Shown: positions 1 through 12,025, counted from the first letter of the whole stretch. The stretch: DNA of 63,662 bases, filler included, from Globobulimina sp. (GCA_003354225.1; 31 parts of 31 records of this genome joined end to end with filler, not necessarily neighbours in it); one strand, 5' to 3'. The notes: a model not told the origin generated them from the letters alone. A program made the numbers and translations.

Positions 1-52
1 CAGGATTGGCTGCTGTCTGTTGAGCGTCCTGTTTTTATCATTAATATATATG

Positions 53-762
53 TTACATCCATAAAGATATGAGATATTTGTTATATACTTGCTGTGCGTG
101 GTTATTGTCATTTGATGCAATTTCATTTTCAGAAGCACCACATTTTACAATTTTTTCTTGCAATTTTCCGATCAATATTTGTAAGTTGACAAAATCAGTG
201 CTATCGGACGGGACAACACGTCTCAAATTGTCAAATGTTGCTGACAAAGCGACATTTATCTCATCCATAGTCATTGGAATGTTTGGACTTAGCATTGGTG
301 CTTCAACCTCGACCTGATTGCAATTGGATGATTAATTTTAGCATACTTTCTTTCTCATCATTTGATAGACAAAAAAATAGATACTTCTTGGCTTGGTATA
401 GCTTCATGAGTTGAAGTGGCGGGTTCTGTGGGATGATGCATATGGAGATTAACCTGGAAACCTACGATTCTTCTTGAAATCCTTTCCATTCCTAAGTTAT
501 ACATGAATGTTATTGAAAAATAAAGGATAGTTTTTTATATATATTACGAACCAAATTGTGAATCATAAACATCTTCTTCTTGTATTGGTATCTGGAATTT
601 CAGAAACATTAATAATTAATTATTGCATGTTCTGCGAATAATAATGAATATAAACTAAACTCCACTACTGGTAACACCTGATTTTACAAATGCATAATGC
701 GTGGCATATACCGTTGGACTCCATAGACAGTATGAGAGCAAAGCGACCAATACTAACGTCAT
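53..762 (-). CDS. Probable multi-exon secreted protein of unknown function; exon structure uncertain
   Basis: ATG at 762 opens a signal-peptide-like MTLVLVALLSYCLWSPTVYA; later open stretches are separated by AT-rich GT..AG-like segments; ORF 53-295 would be the last exon. Confidence 0.3.
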
Positions 763-877
763 CCTGCACGGAAAAGACGAAAAAGATGCAAATTGTTAAG
801 TTTTCAAAAGCTAGTCATCAAAACCCCCAAAGGTTGCGCAAGATGGTACGTTCTTTACCACATCAACATGAATTACA

Positions 878-1958
878 ATGTTAATACGAACCATGATATT
901 TCAACAGTTTTCAATAGTTGTATTGGTTGCTTGTGTGGCAGCACTTACATTTTATATGATGGACGCAGATTTCGTGACTTATTTTTATCATTTATATCGC
1001 ACAAAATACAAAAAAGGCTGTTTTAAAGGTGAAACTTTATGGATTGTTGGTGCTTCATCGGGTTTAGGCGAACAATTAGTTTATGAGTCGGCGGCAAATA
1101 ATGCCAAATGTATCATAATATCATCAAGACGCAAAGGTCAGTTACAAAGGGTGGCAAAGACAGCAAATAAGGAATTCAACGGTGATACAAAAATTATAAT
1201 TGCGCCGTTTGATATTTTACACTTTGTGGAAACTAAAAATGGGCGTAAGAAATGTCAAGAATTTATTACTAAACTCATCAAACAGCACAGCATCAATGAT
1301 ATTGATGTGTTAGTAATGAATACGGGAATAACCGCACGAGCACTAGTTATAAATACGGAGTTGAATGTATTTCAGCGATTGATGAATGTGAATGTGTTTG
1401 GTATCACTGTGTTTGTGCAGTCATTTATTGCTGTTTTGCGAGACTTGCATTGGATAAAAGCAAGCAATACAAATAAGCAACGCAGTGTTTATGTAACCTC
1501 ATCCATTGCGGGTTTGGTTGGTAGCCCTGGCCAGGGAGCATATGCTTGTTCTAAGCATGCGATCAATGGATGTATGAAATCATTAAGGTTTGAGACGGTC
1601 AGAGATAATGTAAATATCGGCATTGTTTGTCCTGGACCATTTAGGTTAGATTTTTTTGTATTAATTGTATCTGAAATTCTAAATTCATTCAACAATAAAA
1701 TATGTACTGTATAATTCTTTGTTAGACCATCGGAAAATAGTAATGAAGGATTGGGTGAAACAACTGATGAGACATCGGGTAGATTATTGAAAAAAGACAG
1801 TATGAAGAAAAAAATGACTGCAGAGAGAGCAGCAAAATTATATGTCACGGCAATTGCATGTCGGATTAGTGAGTCGTGGTTGGCACATAATCCTATATTA
1901 TTATTTACGTATATTATGCAATATTTACCATGTTTCACAAGTATTTTAGTAAAATATG
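878..1958 (+). CDS. DHRS7: Short-chain dehydrogenase/reductase, DHRS7-like; 3' truncated; intron 1645-1725
   Basis: N-terminal TM, WIVGASSGLG Rossmann motif, YACSK (YxxxK), VCPGP; splicing gives PGPFRPSEN and the C-terminus MTAERAAKLYVTAIACRISESWLAHNPILLFTYIMQYLP typical of DHRS7. Confidence 0.85.
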
Positions 1959-2058
1959 NNNNNNNNNNNNNNNNNNNNNNNNNNNNNNNNNNNNNNNNNN
2001 NNTTAATTAATTAANNNNNNNNNNNNNNNNNNNNNNNNNNNNNNNNNNNNNNNNNNNN
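1959..2058. other. Artificial contig spacer N44-TTAATTAATTAA-N44 (first of 30, recurring every ~2056-2058 bp, last at 61607-61706)
   Basis: Identical 100-nt block with stops in all six frames; the flanked segments decrease monotonically in length (1958>1957>1956 bp). Confidence 0.99.
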
Positions 2059-2597
2059 TGTTTTCCAGGCCGTGGTGCTACAGATTTTGATCCATAACAT
2101 TTATTTGCTGTATTTATAAAATATTGTGTATTTGGGCATGTTGAAGGTGCTATTTCATGTTTTCTCGAGATCTGAGTTGGATTTATTGATGGATGATACA
2201 CGAACATTAAAAATGATATACATGCACATAATACTAACAACATAACATAACATTTACGCAAACGATAATGAGTTGGACTGCGATAAGATTCTAATATTTT
2301 AAAATTGAATTGTGATAATATAGTATTTTCAGAATTTAATCTATTAATTTGGCGCGGTAATTGTTGTTTTATTGTTTCCACTGTAAGTTCACAGGCTGTG
2401 CAGAGTGGGTAGTTTCTATGAAGACTAGTTCTGTACTGTTCATACAATTGTGTTGGTACATTTTGTTCTGCATCAAAGTCTGATAAATATTGGAAAATAG
2501 TTTGTTGTTTTTGATTGCAGTGTGAACATAACGACATGCTATGAAACGTTTTGAAAATTTTCTGTTTATACTCTTTATTATCTTGTGTAGTGAGCAT
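2059..2597 (-). CDS. Ima1/TMEM201(Samp1)-like inner nuclear membrane protein; 3' truncated; start at 2597 or 2537
   Basis: LCSHCNQKQ...YRTSLHRNYPLCTACELTV (two CxxC with the Ima1 N-terminal spacing) followed by a TM helix. Confidence 0.6.
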
Positions 2598-3788
2598 GTT
2601 CAATCCTTTTAGTTTTAAACATAAACACAAGTCCTCGGCCGAGATTGTGTTGAAGAAGAAGATAGAATGTTTAGTGTTGATTGGCGACAGCATTCTCGAT
2701 AATTTCTATGGATTGCATGATAAAAGCAAAGATGTTGAATATCAGATAATGTTAACATTGAATCAATCAAAAAAAGGAGGCGGCGGCGGAGCAGATTACA
2801 AAGACAATGGTGACGATGTTAAAGAAGACAACTTAGATCGAAATATAATACGAATGTATAATTTATCATTATATGCCATAGATTGCGAAGGTGTATTAAG
2901 TGGGATGGTCGCCAATGAGTTATATATAAAAGCGCGCAAAACGCATAAATTGCGTTGTTATCCCTTAGATAAAGAGAATAAATTGCAACCCGTCAAAATA
3001 TTATCCTCCATGGTGATGAATAAAGAAATTAAAATCTTCCACAAAAATAAAGACAAAAACCATATCAATCCAACCGTCATTCTCTCCGTTGGTTTGTATG
3101 ATTTCCTGAATGCATATTCAAAATATGGAAGAACTGAATTAATCATAGAATCTTTACGAAAAGATCAATTTGCTGAGAAATATGAGAAAATTGTACATCA
3201 AATGGTTGATAATTTAGGCGTAAATCTCATAATTGTTAAGCACTTCATATCATATCCTTGCACGCATTGCATTTATTTTTAATGTCGTATCCTTGCACAA
3301 TATTTACAATGACCCATACTCAGATTGTCCCGTATGAGCCCCACGAATCCTTCACAGAGAAACAATTACATTTCAGCAGAGATGACTTGTTGGCCTGTAT
3401 GGAATTTATAGCCACCAAAATCATGCAAGTTGCAGAAAAGTATAAATGTCCCATCATTGACTTATCGCGCACCTTCAACCCATATGACAGGAACCATTAT
3501 GGCCAGACTTCAATTGAGCCCTCCATGACTTCGGGACAATTGATTGTCGATTTGATCATCAAAGTGTTGTCTATCTGGGACTGGAATGCAGAGAAAAGGA
3601 AATCGAAAATATATTATGGCTTAAAAGCACAAATCATTAATGATGTTGACAATGATAAAACATATCGCGGCTCTTATTTCAATGCCTTGCAATCGCGCGC
3701 CTTGGTATTGGATAAGGCCACGGAGAATACGGATGAGATGGATTTATTGGCTGACTTATTTGCGACGGACCCACCGAAAAAAAAATAA
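2596..3788 (+). CDS. SGNH/GDSL hydrolase-like protein; intron 3235-3323
   Basis: LVLIGDSILDN block I, VILSVGLYD block III-like, PIIDLSRTF...IEPS; a phase-0 GT..AG intron joins ORFs 2551-3282 and 3258-3788. Confidence 0.65.
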
Positions 3789-4116
3789 ATGTAATGTTTT
3801 TTGTTGAACTGAACTACTCTAACTTTTGCTGTATATTTTATTTGCTAGTGTAAAATCAACTTAATTTTAGCATGCTTTCCTTTATTCGTAGGAAGGTTGT
3901 TCGTTTTAATAATGCCATCCATCGCGCTCATACCCGCGTGTCGAGCCAAATGCGCATGCAAACCGTGTGCAAATATGTGAGGAGAAATTATATTCATACG
4001 CGATCATATTATGGTCNNNNNNNNNNNNNNNNNNNNNNNNNNNNNNNNNNNNNNNNNNNNTTAATTAATTAANNNNNNNNNNNNNNNNNNNNNNNNNNNN
4101 NNNNNNNNNNNNNNNN

Positions 4117-4232
4117 GTGGCGCTGCCGCTGCCGTCGACATCAGCGGCCGGCAGACAAGATGGCGCCACTCCTTGCTGAAACATGTAGTCCACGAGGAGG
4201 ATTAGGTCGGAGATATCTGCCGAAGAACCGTT
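4117..4232 (-). other. Bacterial dockerin-type (EF-hand-like) repeat fragment, probably a chimeric join
   Basis: ADISDLILLVDYMFQQGVAPSCLPAADVDGSGS; GC-rich; not part of Vps15. Confidence 0.6.
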
Positions 4233-6074
4233 CGTAAACAAGTCATTTGTTAACGTCGACACAGACATATGTTCATCGACATTATCATTCCCTGTGTTAT
4301 TCTCCATATTATCCAACGTAATCTCCCTATCCTTGTCCCGATAGTCTATGAAATACTTGCCAGTCAGGGCCAAATTGGCCAACTGTCTGGCAATCTCAAT
4401 CCGGATAATTTCCTCCCGCCGGTTATCAACCAGCAACTTAAGTGTTTCTAATATGTAATCTGGGAACAAACGCGTATATTTGCTCGGGACGTGAATGACG
4501 CGGCTCAATATATTGCTCATCACTTCAATGGATTTGGCCACCACAATGCTATGCTCTTCGTGTATTTTCTTCTTATCGTCGTGGATCAACGCGCGAATAT
4601 ACGGCACCAACCGATCTAATCGAATATCGTCGCTCAAATACAAGGCAAAGCCACCGAGAATCTCCAAGGCGACCAACCGATTGCTGGCTTTCCTGCAATT
4701 TCGCAAACAGGAACAGACCACATTGCTCATTAAAATCAACCCATCAAATTCGTCCTCATCGTCGGGGAATATGTGTGGAATGCTGGTATGCTGCACATCG
4801 CCTTCGATGTTGCGCAACATATTCATTTTTTGCTGCTGCTGCTGGCTCTTTATATTGATAACATTTTTCCTTTTTGCCTCCATCTGTCGGCGTAGGTCTT
4901 TTGGAGTCTGTTGTTGCGTGTTTTTGTGCGAAGGAGAGGGCAAATTGCCATTGGTATTATCAGTTTTATTGGTCGGGTGGCTTTGATATGCACTCATATC
5001 TACGATCAAATTGCCATCTTTGTTGATGAAATTGACAGCGTTGCCAGCTGCAGTCATCGTGTTTAGCCGTTCGGTGAGTTCTTGTATGTCTGCGTCATTT
5101 AATAAGCGCGTATCGTTGCCTTTGTAGGCAGCGGACACTACGGAGGCTAATCCAGTGCTGATGCCGGAGGAACGGCGTCGTCTGCGCGATAATGGCGATT
5201 TGGTGCAGGATAAGATTGGTTTAGTGCTAGTTTGCTGTTTTTGCGTTTGTAAAGCTAATCCAATGCCGGATAGTTTGTCCTGTCCTTTGTGTTCATCGTC
5301 ATCGTAATCGGTTAACCGCACAAATTCGTCATTATCTGTGCCAGCTTCATTTTGTCTGTGGTATACATAGAAATATGTTAAATGCAAATAAGTCGTTTTT
5401 CAGAGATATGAATCGCAAAATAGTGCATATTCATAGGTTTATATCACATAAATAATGTTTGTTACAAATAATTTCATCAATAACAATAAATAACAAATTG
5501 AAATCTGATCAGTACAGCTTTTTTATTTATGCTTAACGCCATATTTCAATTAGTTATTTCATGGCAGTTCCCATTGATGAAAAAGCTTTGTATTTTGTCA
5601 ATTATTTCCATCAACAAACACATGAATAGCTGCTATTTGCGGAACTAACGCGTCCTCCAACTGAGTCAGCTCAACAGTTTGCTGCAGTTTCTGTTGTCTC
5701 ATAATAATCTCTAACTGCGGTACTTTGTCGCCAGCCGCACCAATGCCCATTTGCGCATAATTCGGGCTAACCGCTGTTGGCGAAGCCAGCGACATATTGG
5801 ATTTATTGAGCTGGGAACGTTTCGTGTCCTTTCGAAACAACTCAGGTACGCAAGCATTGAAATTGTAGCCTTTGTAATACTTATTGCAGTCCGACGACAC
5901 CATTCGCAAAATGTCCACGTACTTCTTCTGTATGTATTTTATTTTGTGGTCAGCTTCCGAGAACGCCACGTTTAGGAATTTCTTGAATAACTCGTACAAA
6001 TCGTCGAAATAAGCCGGGAATATTTTGCCACGATAAAAGTCCAAATATCTCTGCGGTGCCCACCGTGCTTTGGC
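4233..6074 (-). CDS. VPS15: VPS15/PIK3R4 internal fragment (kinase C-lobe end plus HEAT repeats); intron approx. 5356-5600
   Basis: YLDFYRGKIFPAYF, LALYLSDDIRLDRLVPY-type and LFPDYIL motifs characteristic of Vps15. Confidence 0.8.
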
Positions 6075-6592
6075 NNNNNNNNNNNNNNNNNNNNNNNNNN
6101 NNNNNNNNNNNNNNNNNNTTAATTAATTAANNNNNNNNNNNNNNNNNNNNNNNNNNNNNNNNNNNNNNNNNNNNAGAGTCAGCTAGTTTTCTCACTTTTT
6201 AGAGTCACTTTTTGGCTGGATCTATGACTCAATGTTGATTATAGTTACAGATGGATTGAATTTTGTCATAATGTGTTCTTGTTTTTTATGCATTCAGCGC
6301 AAGGACATTCAAGTACAACACAGATTCTTCGAAGACAGTTATCATTTTTGTGGAATCAATTTCTGCTATTCGTACAGCAGGTGAAGGAGGAACACCTTCA
6401 TCCGTTTCTTGAAGTTGAGCCATTCAATTCTAAGTTCTAACTTTCAGTAAACCTTTTATCTTCAGTTTTAAGTTTAATGGCAAATCTATAAATTCGGAAA
6501 GAGCTTGGCATCACAAAGTGAAGTTGATACGAAGCAAATTGCAGAAAAATTGTAATTTTGTAAATCGAAAACGAAATCAATTTCAATCAAAA

Positions 6593-7759
6593 TCAAACTG
6601 TATAACAATCACGAAGTCTTTTAAACGCTGCTCTTGCTGCAGCACAACCATGAAAACTTGCATCTGCAGACAGTCGGACAGGAGAAGGATTTCCTTCAAA
6701 AAAAATAATTTCTTTCTTTTCATTGATCATAACGTCCCAGCCCACATAACAATGTGTCACATTTGCATCTCGCATTGAACGCAAAGCTTTGTGAGCTTCA
6801 ATCGCTTTTACAACAGCAATTTGCAGTGTTTGAATACAATCTTTTGTGTAACGCAACATTTCATCCAATTTGTACATTCCTTTAGGTTGCATTGTGACTG
6901 GATCTATTATGAACCATTTGTTACCTGAATCATGTGATGTTACTTCAAAACCATAGCAGGCGATAATGCTAACTACAGTGGCGTCCAAATTTTGATCACA
7001 TAATGTTTGAATCATGTACACACATTTCCGATTCTTCCAAAAATTTTCCATTCTCAAAATTAAATACTTTCCTGGCTCTTTCCGTTGTTGTGCAACCATT
7101 CTCTTTTCTAAACCATCCTTAGTCGTGCAACTAAAAACACCTGAGCCGGAACCCAAAGCACCACTGTCAATTTTGAAAATGAGGCTTCCAAATGCGTTAC
7201 CATACAATTCAATGTGACTGTTATCTTCTTTAATAAATGATTCAGCAACAAGTTCAGGAACTTTAACACCATCAATTCTGCATAATAATTGTCTCCAAAA
7301 TGTTTTCGTTTTAAGAATTCCAGCCCATGGATTGTTGTGTTTGTCAAATAAATCATCTTTTGATTGACAATAGAATGCGAATGTTCGGTTGTTGAAGTTC
7401 CAAATGCATCTCATAATGCAATTAGATAACCTGCTTGGTGTATCTGTGCCAGGCATGGCTGTTTCTTTCCTTTGCACTTCATCTTTGACTCCTTTAATAA
7501 TGCAAATGAGTGGAATGAATACAATATAAAGAATACTGCAAATGAAACGCAATGCATGATTCTCAATGTTTATTCCATTATTGTATTTCAACCAAAAATG
7601 GTATACGTAATCCAGAAAATGAAAATGGTATCTTATTGCAGTTGCATAGAAGAACACGATAGGGTACAGAATCAGTTGAAGTGGCCATAAGAAACCTGAA
7701 TAAATACGACGTGCGGCAAGTCGAGTCCAGTTGTTACAGTAACTGATGACTTGAGCCAT
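6593..7759 (-). CDS. Membrane-anchored ATP-grasp protein (sugar-transfer-associated ATP-grasp-like), intronless
   Basis: Two N-terminal hydrophobic segments; IFKIDSGALGSG loop; YVGWDVMI...IFFEGN C-terminal ATP-grasp motifs. Confidence 0.6.
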   Translation of the reverse strand: MAQVISYCNNWTRLAARRIYSGFLWPLQLILYPIVFFYATAIRYHFHFLDYVYHFWLKYNNGINIENHALRFICSILYIVFIPLICIIKGVKDEVQRKETAMPGTDTPSRLSNCIMRCIWNFNNRTFAFYCQSKDDLFDKHNNPWAGILKTKTFWRQLLCRIDGVKVPELVAESFIKEDNSHIELYGNAFGSLIFKIDSGALGSGSGVFSCTTKDGLEKRMVAQQRKEPGKYLILRMENFWKNRKCVYMIQTLCDQNLDATVVSIIACYGFEVTSHDSGNKWFIIDPVTMQPKGMYKLDEMLRYTKDCIQTLQIAVVKAIEAHKALRSMRDANVTHCYVGWDVMINEKKEIIFFEGNPSPVRLSADASFHGCAAARAAFKRLRDCYTV

Positions 7760-7834
7760 TATTATCAGATAATAATGAATTTAGCTTGATGATAGATGTG
7801 ACTTTAGAATTGATAATTTCGGTAATTTTATCTC

Positions 7835-7842
7835 TATTTATA
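7835..7842 (-). promoter_or_regulatory. TATA-box-like TATAAATA
   Basis: CCTATAAATAGAG on the minus strand ~76 nt upstream of the ATG at 7759. Confidence 0.35.
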
Positions 7843-8232
7843 GGTGAATGATGATTATGATATGTCATATTGTAGGGCAAAACAGCTGCCATATACAGTA
7901 ATGTTTAATATATATACACATGAAAATGACTGACTGACTGCCAGTGAGTTTACAGTTTTAACTGAATTGTTTTTTCATAACACTCCGAGTCTGAAAGTCT
8001 GAAAAAGTACAGTCAATCAATAAGTACAATCAATAATACGATATTTGTTACCAATCTTGCGCATCTTCTTCTGCTTGTTGTTGTTGTCTACGACGATAAG
8101 GAGACGTCGCCAACTCTCGACGGGGTGCATCTNNNNNNNNNNNNNNNNNNNNNNNNNNNNNNNNNNNNNNNNNNNNTTAATTAATTAANNNNNNNNNNNN
8201 NNNNNNNNNNNNNNNNNNNNNNNNNNNNNNNN

Positions 8233-9327
8233 GGATTGTTTGAGGTGATGGAGATGGATGAAGAAGAAGCGTTAATGATATTTGCTGAAGATCAACTGGA
8301 TCAAAACGATATCACTTTGGATATTGATTTAACAAACAACAGCAATAAAAGTAACATTCGCCACCATATGTTTCGGAATAAAAATAACCAAAATGTAAAC
8401 AATCAGAATCATAACAAAAAAAACAAAAGATTTAAGTCATCTCGAATTGAAGTAGTTGTTCGTAAACGGCCAATGAACCATCGAGAGTTTGAAAATGGAG
8501 AGTCAGATATTGGTAAAGTATACAGTGAAGATAATAGAATAACAATTTGCGAACCGCGCTTAAAAGTGGACCTAACAAAATATAATCAATATCACGAGTT
8601 CCAGTTTGATCATTGTTTTGATGCAAATGCAACCAACGAACAAATATATGAAACATGCGTGAAACCACTATTTAATACAATATTGAAGGTATCGAATAAC
8701 GATAGATTTGCAGGCAAAGCCACATGTTTTGGATACGGTCAAACCGGCTCTGGGAAAACATACACTTTGTTAGGTTCGCACGACCACAAAACTGGTAAAT
8801 ACAATGAAGGTTTATATGCGATGGCTGTACGTGATTTATTCAAATATCTACCATCAAACAATGAAATTATTGTCAGTTTTTATGAGATATATGGTGGCAA
8901 ATTATTTGATTTATTAGCAGATAGAAAGCAAATATTGTGCCGAGAAGACGGTAAACAAAAAGTGAATATCATCGGATTAAAACGCACCAAATGTGAAAGT
9001 GTAGAATTTCTAATGAATATAATCAGCGCTGGAAATACCATTCGCCAAACTGGCTCAACCGGCGCAAATAATGCCTCTTCCCGATCGCATGCTATTTTGT
9101 CAATGGATATATTGCCGATTGGTGGCCGATTATCCTTTATTGATTTAGCGGGAAGTGAACGTGGAGCAGACACACAAAGCAATAACAAACAGACCAGACT
9201 CGAAGGCGCAGAAATAAACAAATCTTTATTAGCATTAAAGGAATGTATTCGTGCATTAGATATGAATTCCATTCATAAACCATTCCGTGGCAGCAAATTA
9301 ACACAGGTTTTAAAAGAATCATTCATC
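8233..9327 (+). CDS. Kinesin-13 (KIF2/KIF24/MCAK-like) motor; truncated at both ends
   Basis: VRKRP, KVDLTKY, GKATCFGYGQTGSGKT P-loop, SSRSHA, IDLAGSERGAD, PFRGSKLTQVLKESFI; homology ends abruptly after KESFI. Confidence 0.92.
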
Positions 9328-9440
9328 AATGAACTTTGCTTCTGAACATTTCCAGAAAAAGCGTTAACACCTTTATTCATTCTCTTAAGATCCTTTTCGA
9401 ATCCGTTGTTTATTCCGCTACTAAATTCAAGTCCTGGCAT
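9328..9440 (-). CDS. N-terminus of a phage tape measure protein, cut by the chimeric junction
   Basis: ATG 8 nt after the GT stop; MPGLEFSSGINNGFEKDLKRMNKGVNAFSGNVQKQ; position immediately after the tail chaperone genes. Confidence 0.6.
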
Positions 9441-9447
9441 ATTATTT

Positions 9448-9711
9448 TTATCCTAAAGCTGCTGTTATTGCGTTAATTTCGTCCTGTGCGGTCTTAGTTT
9501 TATCCTTCTTTTTATCTTCCTTATTATCGTAATCTACACTCGGAAAGTCAGCTGATTGAATTAAAACTAAAACCCATGGTAATTTCAAAACGTCTAAATA
9601 AGACAACCCTGTTCTTTCCTGATAGCTTCCAATCTTACCTAAGACACTGATTCCTCCCTTAGTAGCGTGTGATCCTTCACTATCATGTACGGGTAATAGC
9701 TCAAAAAAAAA
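9448..9711 (-). CDS. -1 frame extension of the tail chaperone (gpGT-like C-terminal part)
   Basis: The -1 frame after AGT-TTT-TTT-TT is open ~86 codons (FELLPVHDSEGSHATKGGISVLGKIGSYQERTGLSYLDVLKLPWVLVLIQSADFPSVDYD...AALG*) and has no ATG of its own. Confidence 0.7.
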   Translation of the reverse strand, partial: FFFELLPVHDSEGSHATKGGISVLGKIGSYQERTGLSYLDVLKLPWVLVLIQSADFPSVDYDNKEDKKKDKTKTAQDEINAITAALG

Positions 9712-10082
9712 CTAGGGTCACGAAGTTTATAAAGCATTATGTATAAATTTTGCTTTTGTTCCTCACTACACTCTTTTACTTTTCGCCTAACAAAGCTTTT
9801 TAATAAAAACCCTAACGGCCTAGAGTTTATAAGACCAATAGTTATGTATTCTTCTATAAGAGGTATAACCTTAGACATTATTTCATAGTCATTAATAGTG
9901 TCTTTATAAATCTCACCGCCTCCATTAGCCTCTCTTATCTGACTTTGTATTTTAAGCGTCTTGATGATCGTAGTTCCTTTTAAATACTTTACGTAAAAAG
10001 GTATGAATCCAAATATCTTAAATCCGCTCAATAGCTCCTTTTTGTCAGTTGCTATATCAGCTATTTTTTGATTTTTTGTCAT
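9639..10082 (-). CDS. Phage tail assembly chaperone (gpG-like)
   Basis: 147-aa intronless ORF with a T9 slippery run near its end; lies between a tail-tube-like C-terminus and a tape-measure-like start. Confidence 0.7.
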   Translation of the reverse strand: MTKNQKIADIATDKKELLSGFKIFGFIPFYVKYLKGTTIIKTLKIQSQIREANGGGEIYKDTINDYEIMSKVIPLIEEYITIGLINSRPLGFLLKSFVRRKVKECSEEQKQNLYIMLYKLRDPSFFLSYYPYMIVKDHTLLREESVS

Positions 10083-10104
10083 TTCATTGGGTTTGTTTAA
10101 TGCT

Positions 10105-10138
10105 AAAAAGGTGCAACTATCCTAAATAATTGCACCTT
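10105..10138 (-). terminator. Rho-independent terminator-like hairpin after the putative tail tube gene
   Basis: AAGGTGCAA/TTGCACCTT stem followed by a T-run on the minus strand; the upstream ORF ends KQIWTVTVTVAI* at 10152. Confidence 0.6.
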
Positions 10139-10290
10139 ATTTATTTTAAAATTAAATCGCTACCGTTACAGTAACAGTCCAAATTTGTTTNNNNNNNNNN
10201 NNNNNNNNNNNNNNNNNNNNNNNNNNNNNNNNNNTTAATTAATTAANNNNNNNNNNNNNNNNNNNNNNNNNNNNNNNNNNNNNNNNNNNN

Positions 10291-12025
10291 CCCTTGGTCT
10301 TTAACCGTTATGAGCTTGGAAAAGATGTAAAATTCTCACATGACGGAGATACTGTGAGCTATAAATATGAATATCAATACATATTAAACGAAGAATTAAC
10401 AAACATGTCCTTATGGAATGTATCATCGTGGTCTGATTACCAATCACATGAATCAAATGACAGCAATAACATATTGCCCTATCCACCGATATATATTCTT
10501 AATCCATTTATGTTGGCAGCATTTGCGCAGTGCAGAATGTCCAATGACGGGGCAGGTGGTGGTCTCATGTGCAATGCCATTGGTTGGGCAGATAGAGACC
10601 AATATTATTTCTCAAATGCAACAGTACAGAATATATTGCAGACCGGAATAGTTTCTCAGACCACTTTACTGTGTAACTTGAACCCATTATGCAACCGAAC
10701 ACAAAAATATATCGTTGATACTGATGTATATGTATCGGAGTATACAGGCACTGGTCACATGCATGACATGAGACAATTAATTACTTTTTATGGGAAAAAT
10801 CAAACCTATGCCGGGGGAATGCATAATATCGATAATGAATTCTATGGTTATTGGGATGAAAATGAATACTTTCAAGGTACGCGTGAACCAAAACAATGGC
10901 CGTTTGATACAATTAGTTCTAAGCATGCGTTGTCAGCATGGATGATGGACAAATTTCGTTCAGTGCAATTGACATATAATGGTACTGTTAATATTCATGA
11001 TTTACAAGTCGATAAATTCATTGTTGACCCAAAAGGTATTAAAGTATATTGCAGGTAATATTTATCTCAATATGCAATAATTAAATATATATTAATACAT
11101 AGAATATTTATCAGCAGCAAATAACTCCAATAACTCCAAATATTATCAAAATGGTGGCATTCACAATGGCTTATTAAATCTAACCAGCACGAATGGAGCG
11201 GATATTTTGCAGTACAGCTCCAAGCCATATTTCCTCGATGCACCATATTATGTCAACGAAATCAGCAATAAAATGGGTTTACGACAACCAAACAGATCCA
11301 GCGATGATACGTATTTTGCAATTGACAGCAAATTAGGAACAGTGTTTGCAACACGCGTAGCATATCAGGTGTCATTTGGTATTTTCCCGTGCATTGACGG
11401 CTGTGGCCTGGATATAAGGAATCCATTCAAACATCTCCCAGAGACCATCGTGCCGCAATTTTATGTGGTATTGAAGGGAGGGGCGCCAGATGCGGCTATT
11501 GAACAATACAAACAAGTATTAGCATTGCTAGATACTACGCAGCAATTTAGTGTGTTCGCGGGACCGGCCGTTGCGTTGTGCTGTTTTGTGATTGCGTTGT
11601 ATTTAACGGGGAGGAGGTACTGTCATTGGAAACGAAAACATAACAATACATTTTATATGAATGACAATTTTGAACATGAATATGGTGCTCTTGATGAGAA
11701 GAATAAGGAGGAGTCTTTTAATAGCAATGCTAATGATGGCTGCAATGCGGCTGATGATGGATCGGAGGAATCATTATCGAATGGATATGCTGCGAGAGAT
11801 ACACCAATGGAACATATTGATAATTCTATGGATAGAACAATAAGGGACTGCGATACATTAAAATTTATTAAACAACATAGTGTGGAGAGTATAGGAGATA
11901 TTTATGATAAAAATGATTGGCAAGACACACAGAATAGTGATGCTGATAAAACTGCCAGTTCTGGCTCAAAATTGTTGACAAAAATGTCATCATTTTTATC
12001 CTATTCTTCGAATGCATCAAAGTAA
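10291..12025 (+). CDS. CD36/scavenger receptor class B (LIMP-2-like); 5' truncated; intron 11036-11102
   Basis: YTG, FQGT, RSVQLTY, NGLLNLT, SKPYFLDA, IDSKLG motifs and a C-terminal TM with an acidic tail; the intron restores frame. Confidence 0.8.
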
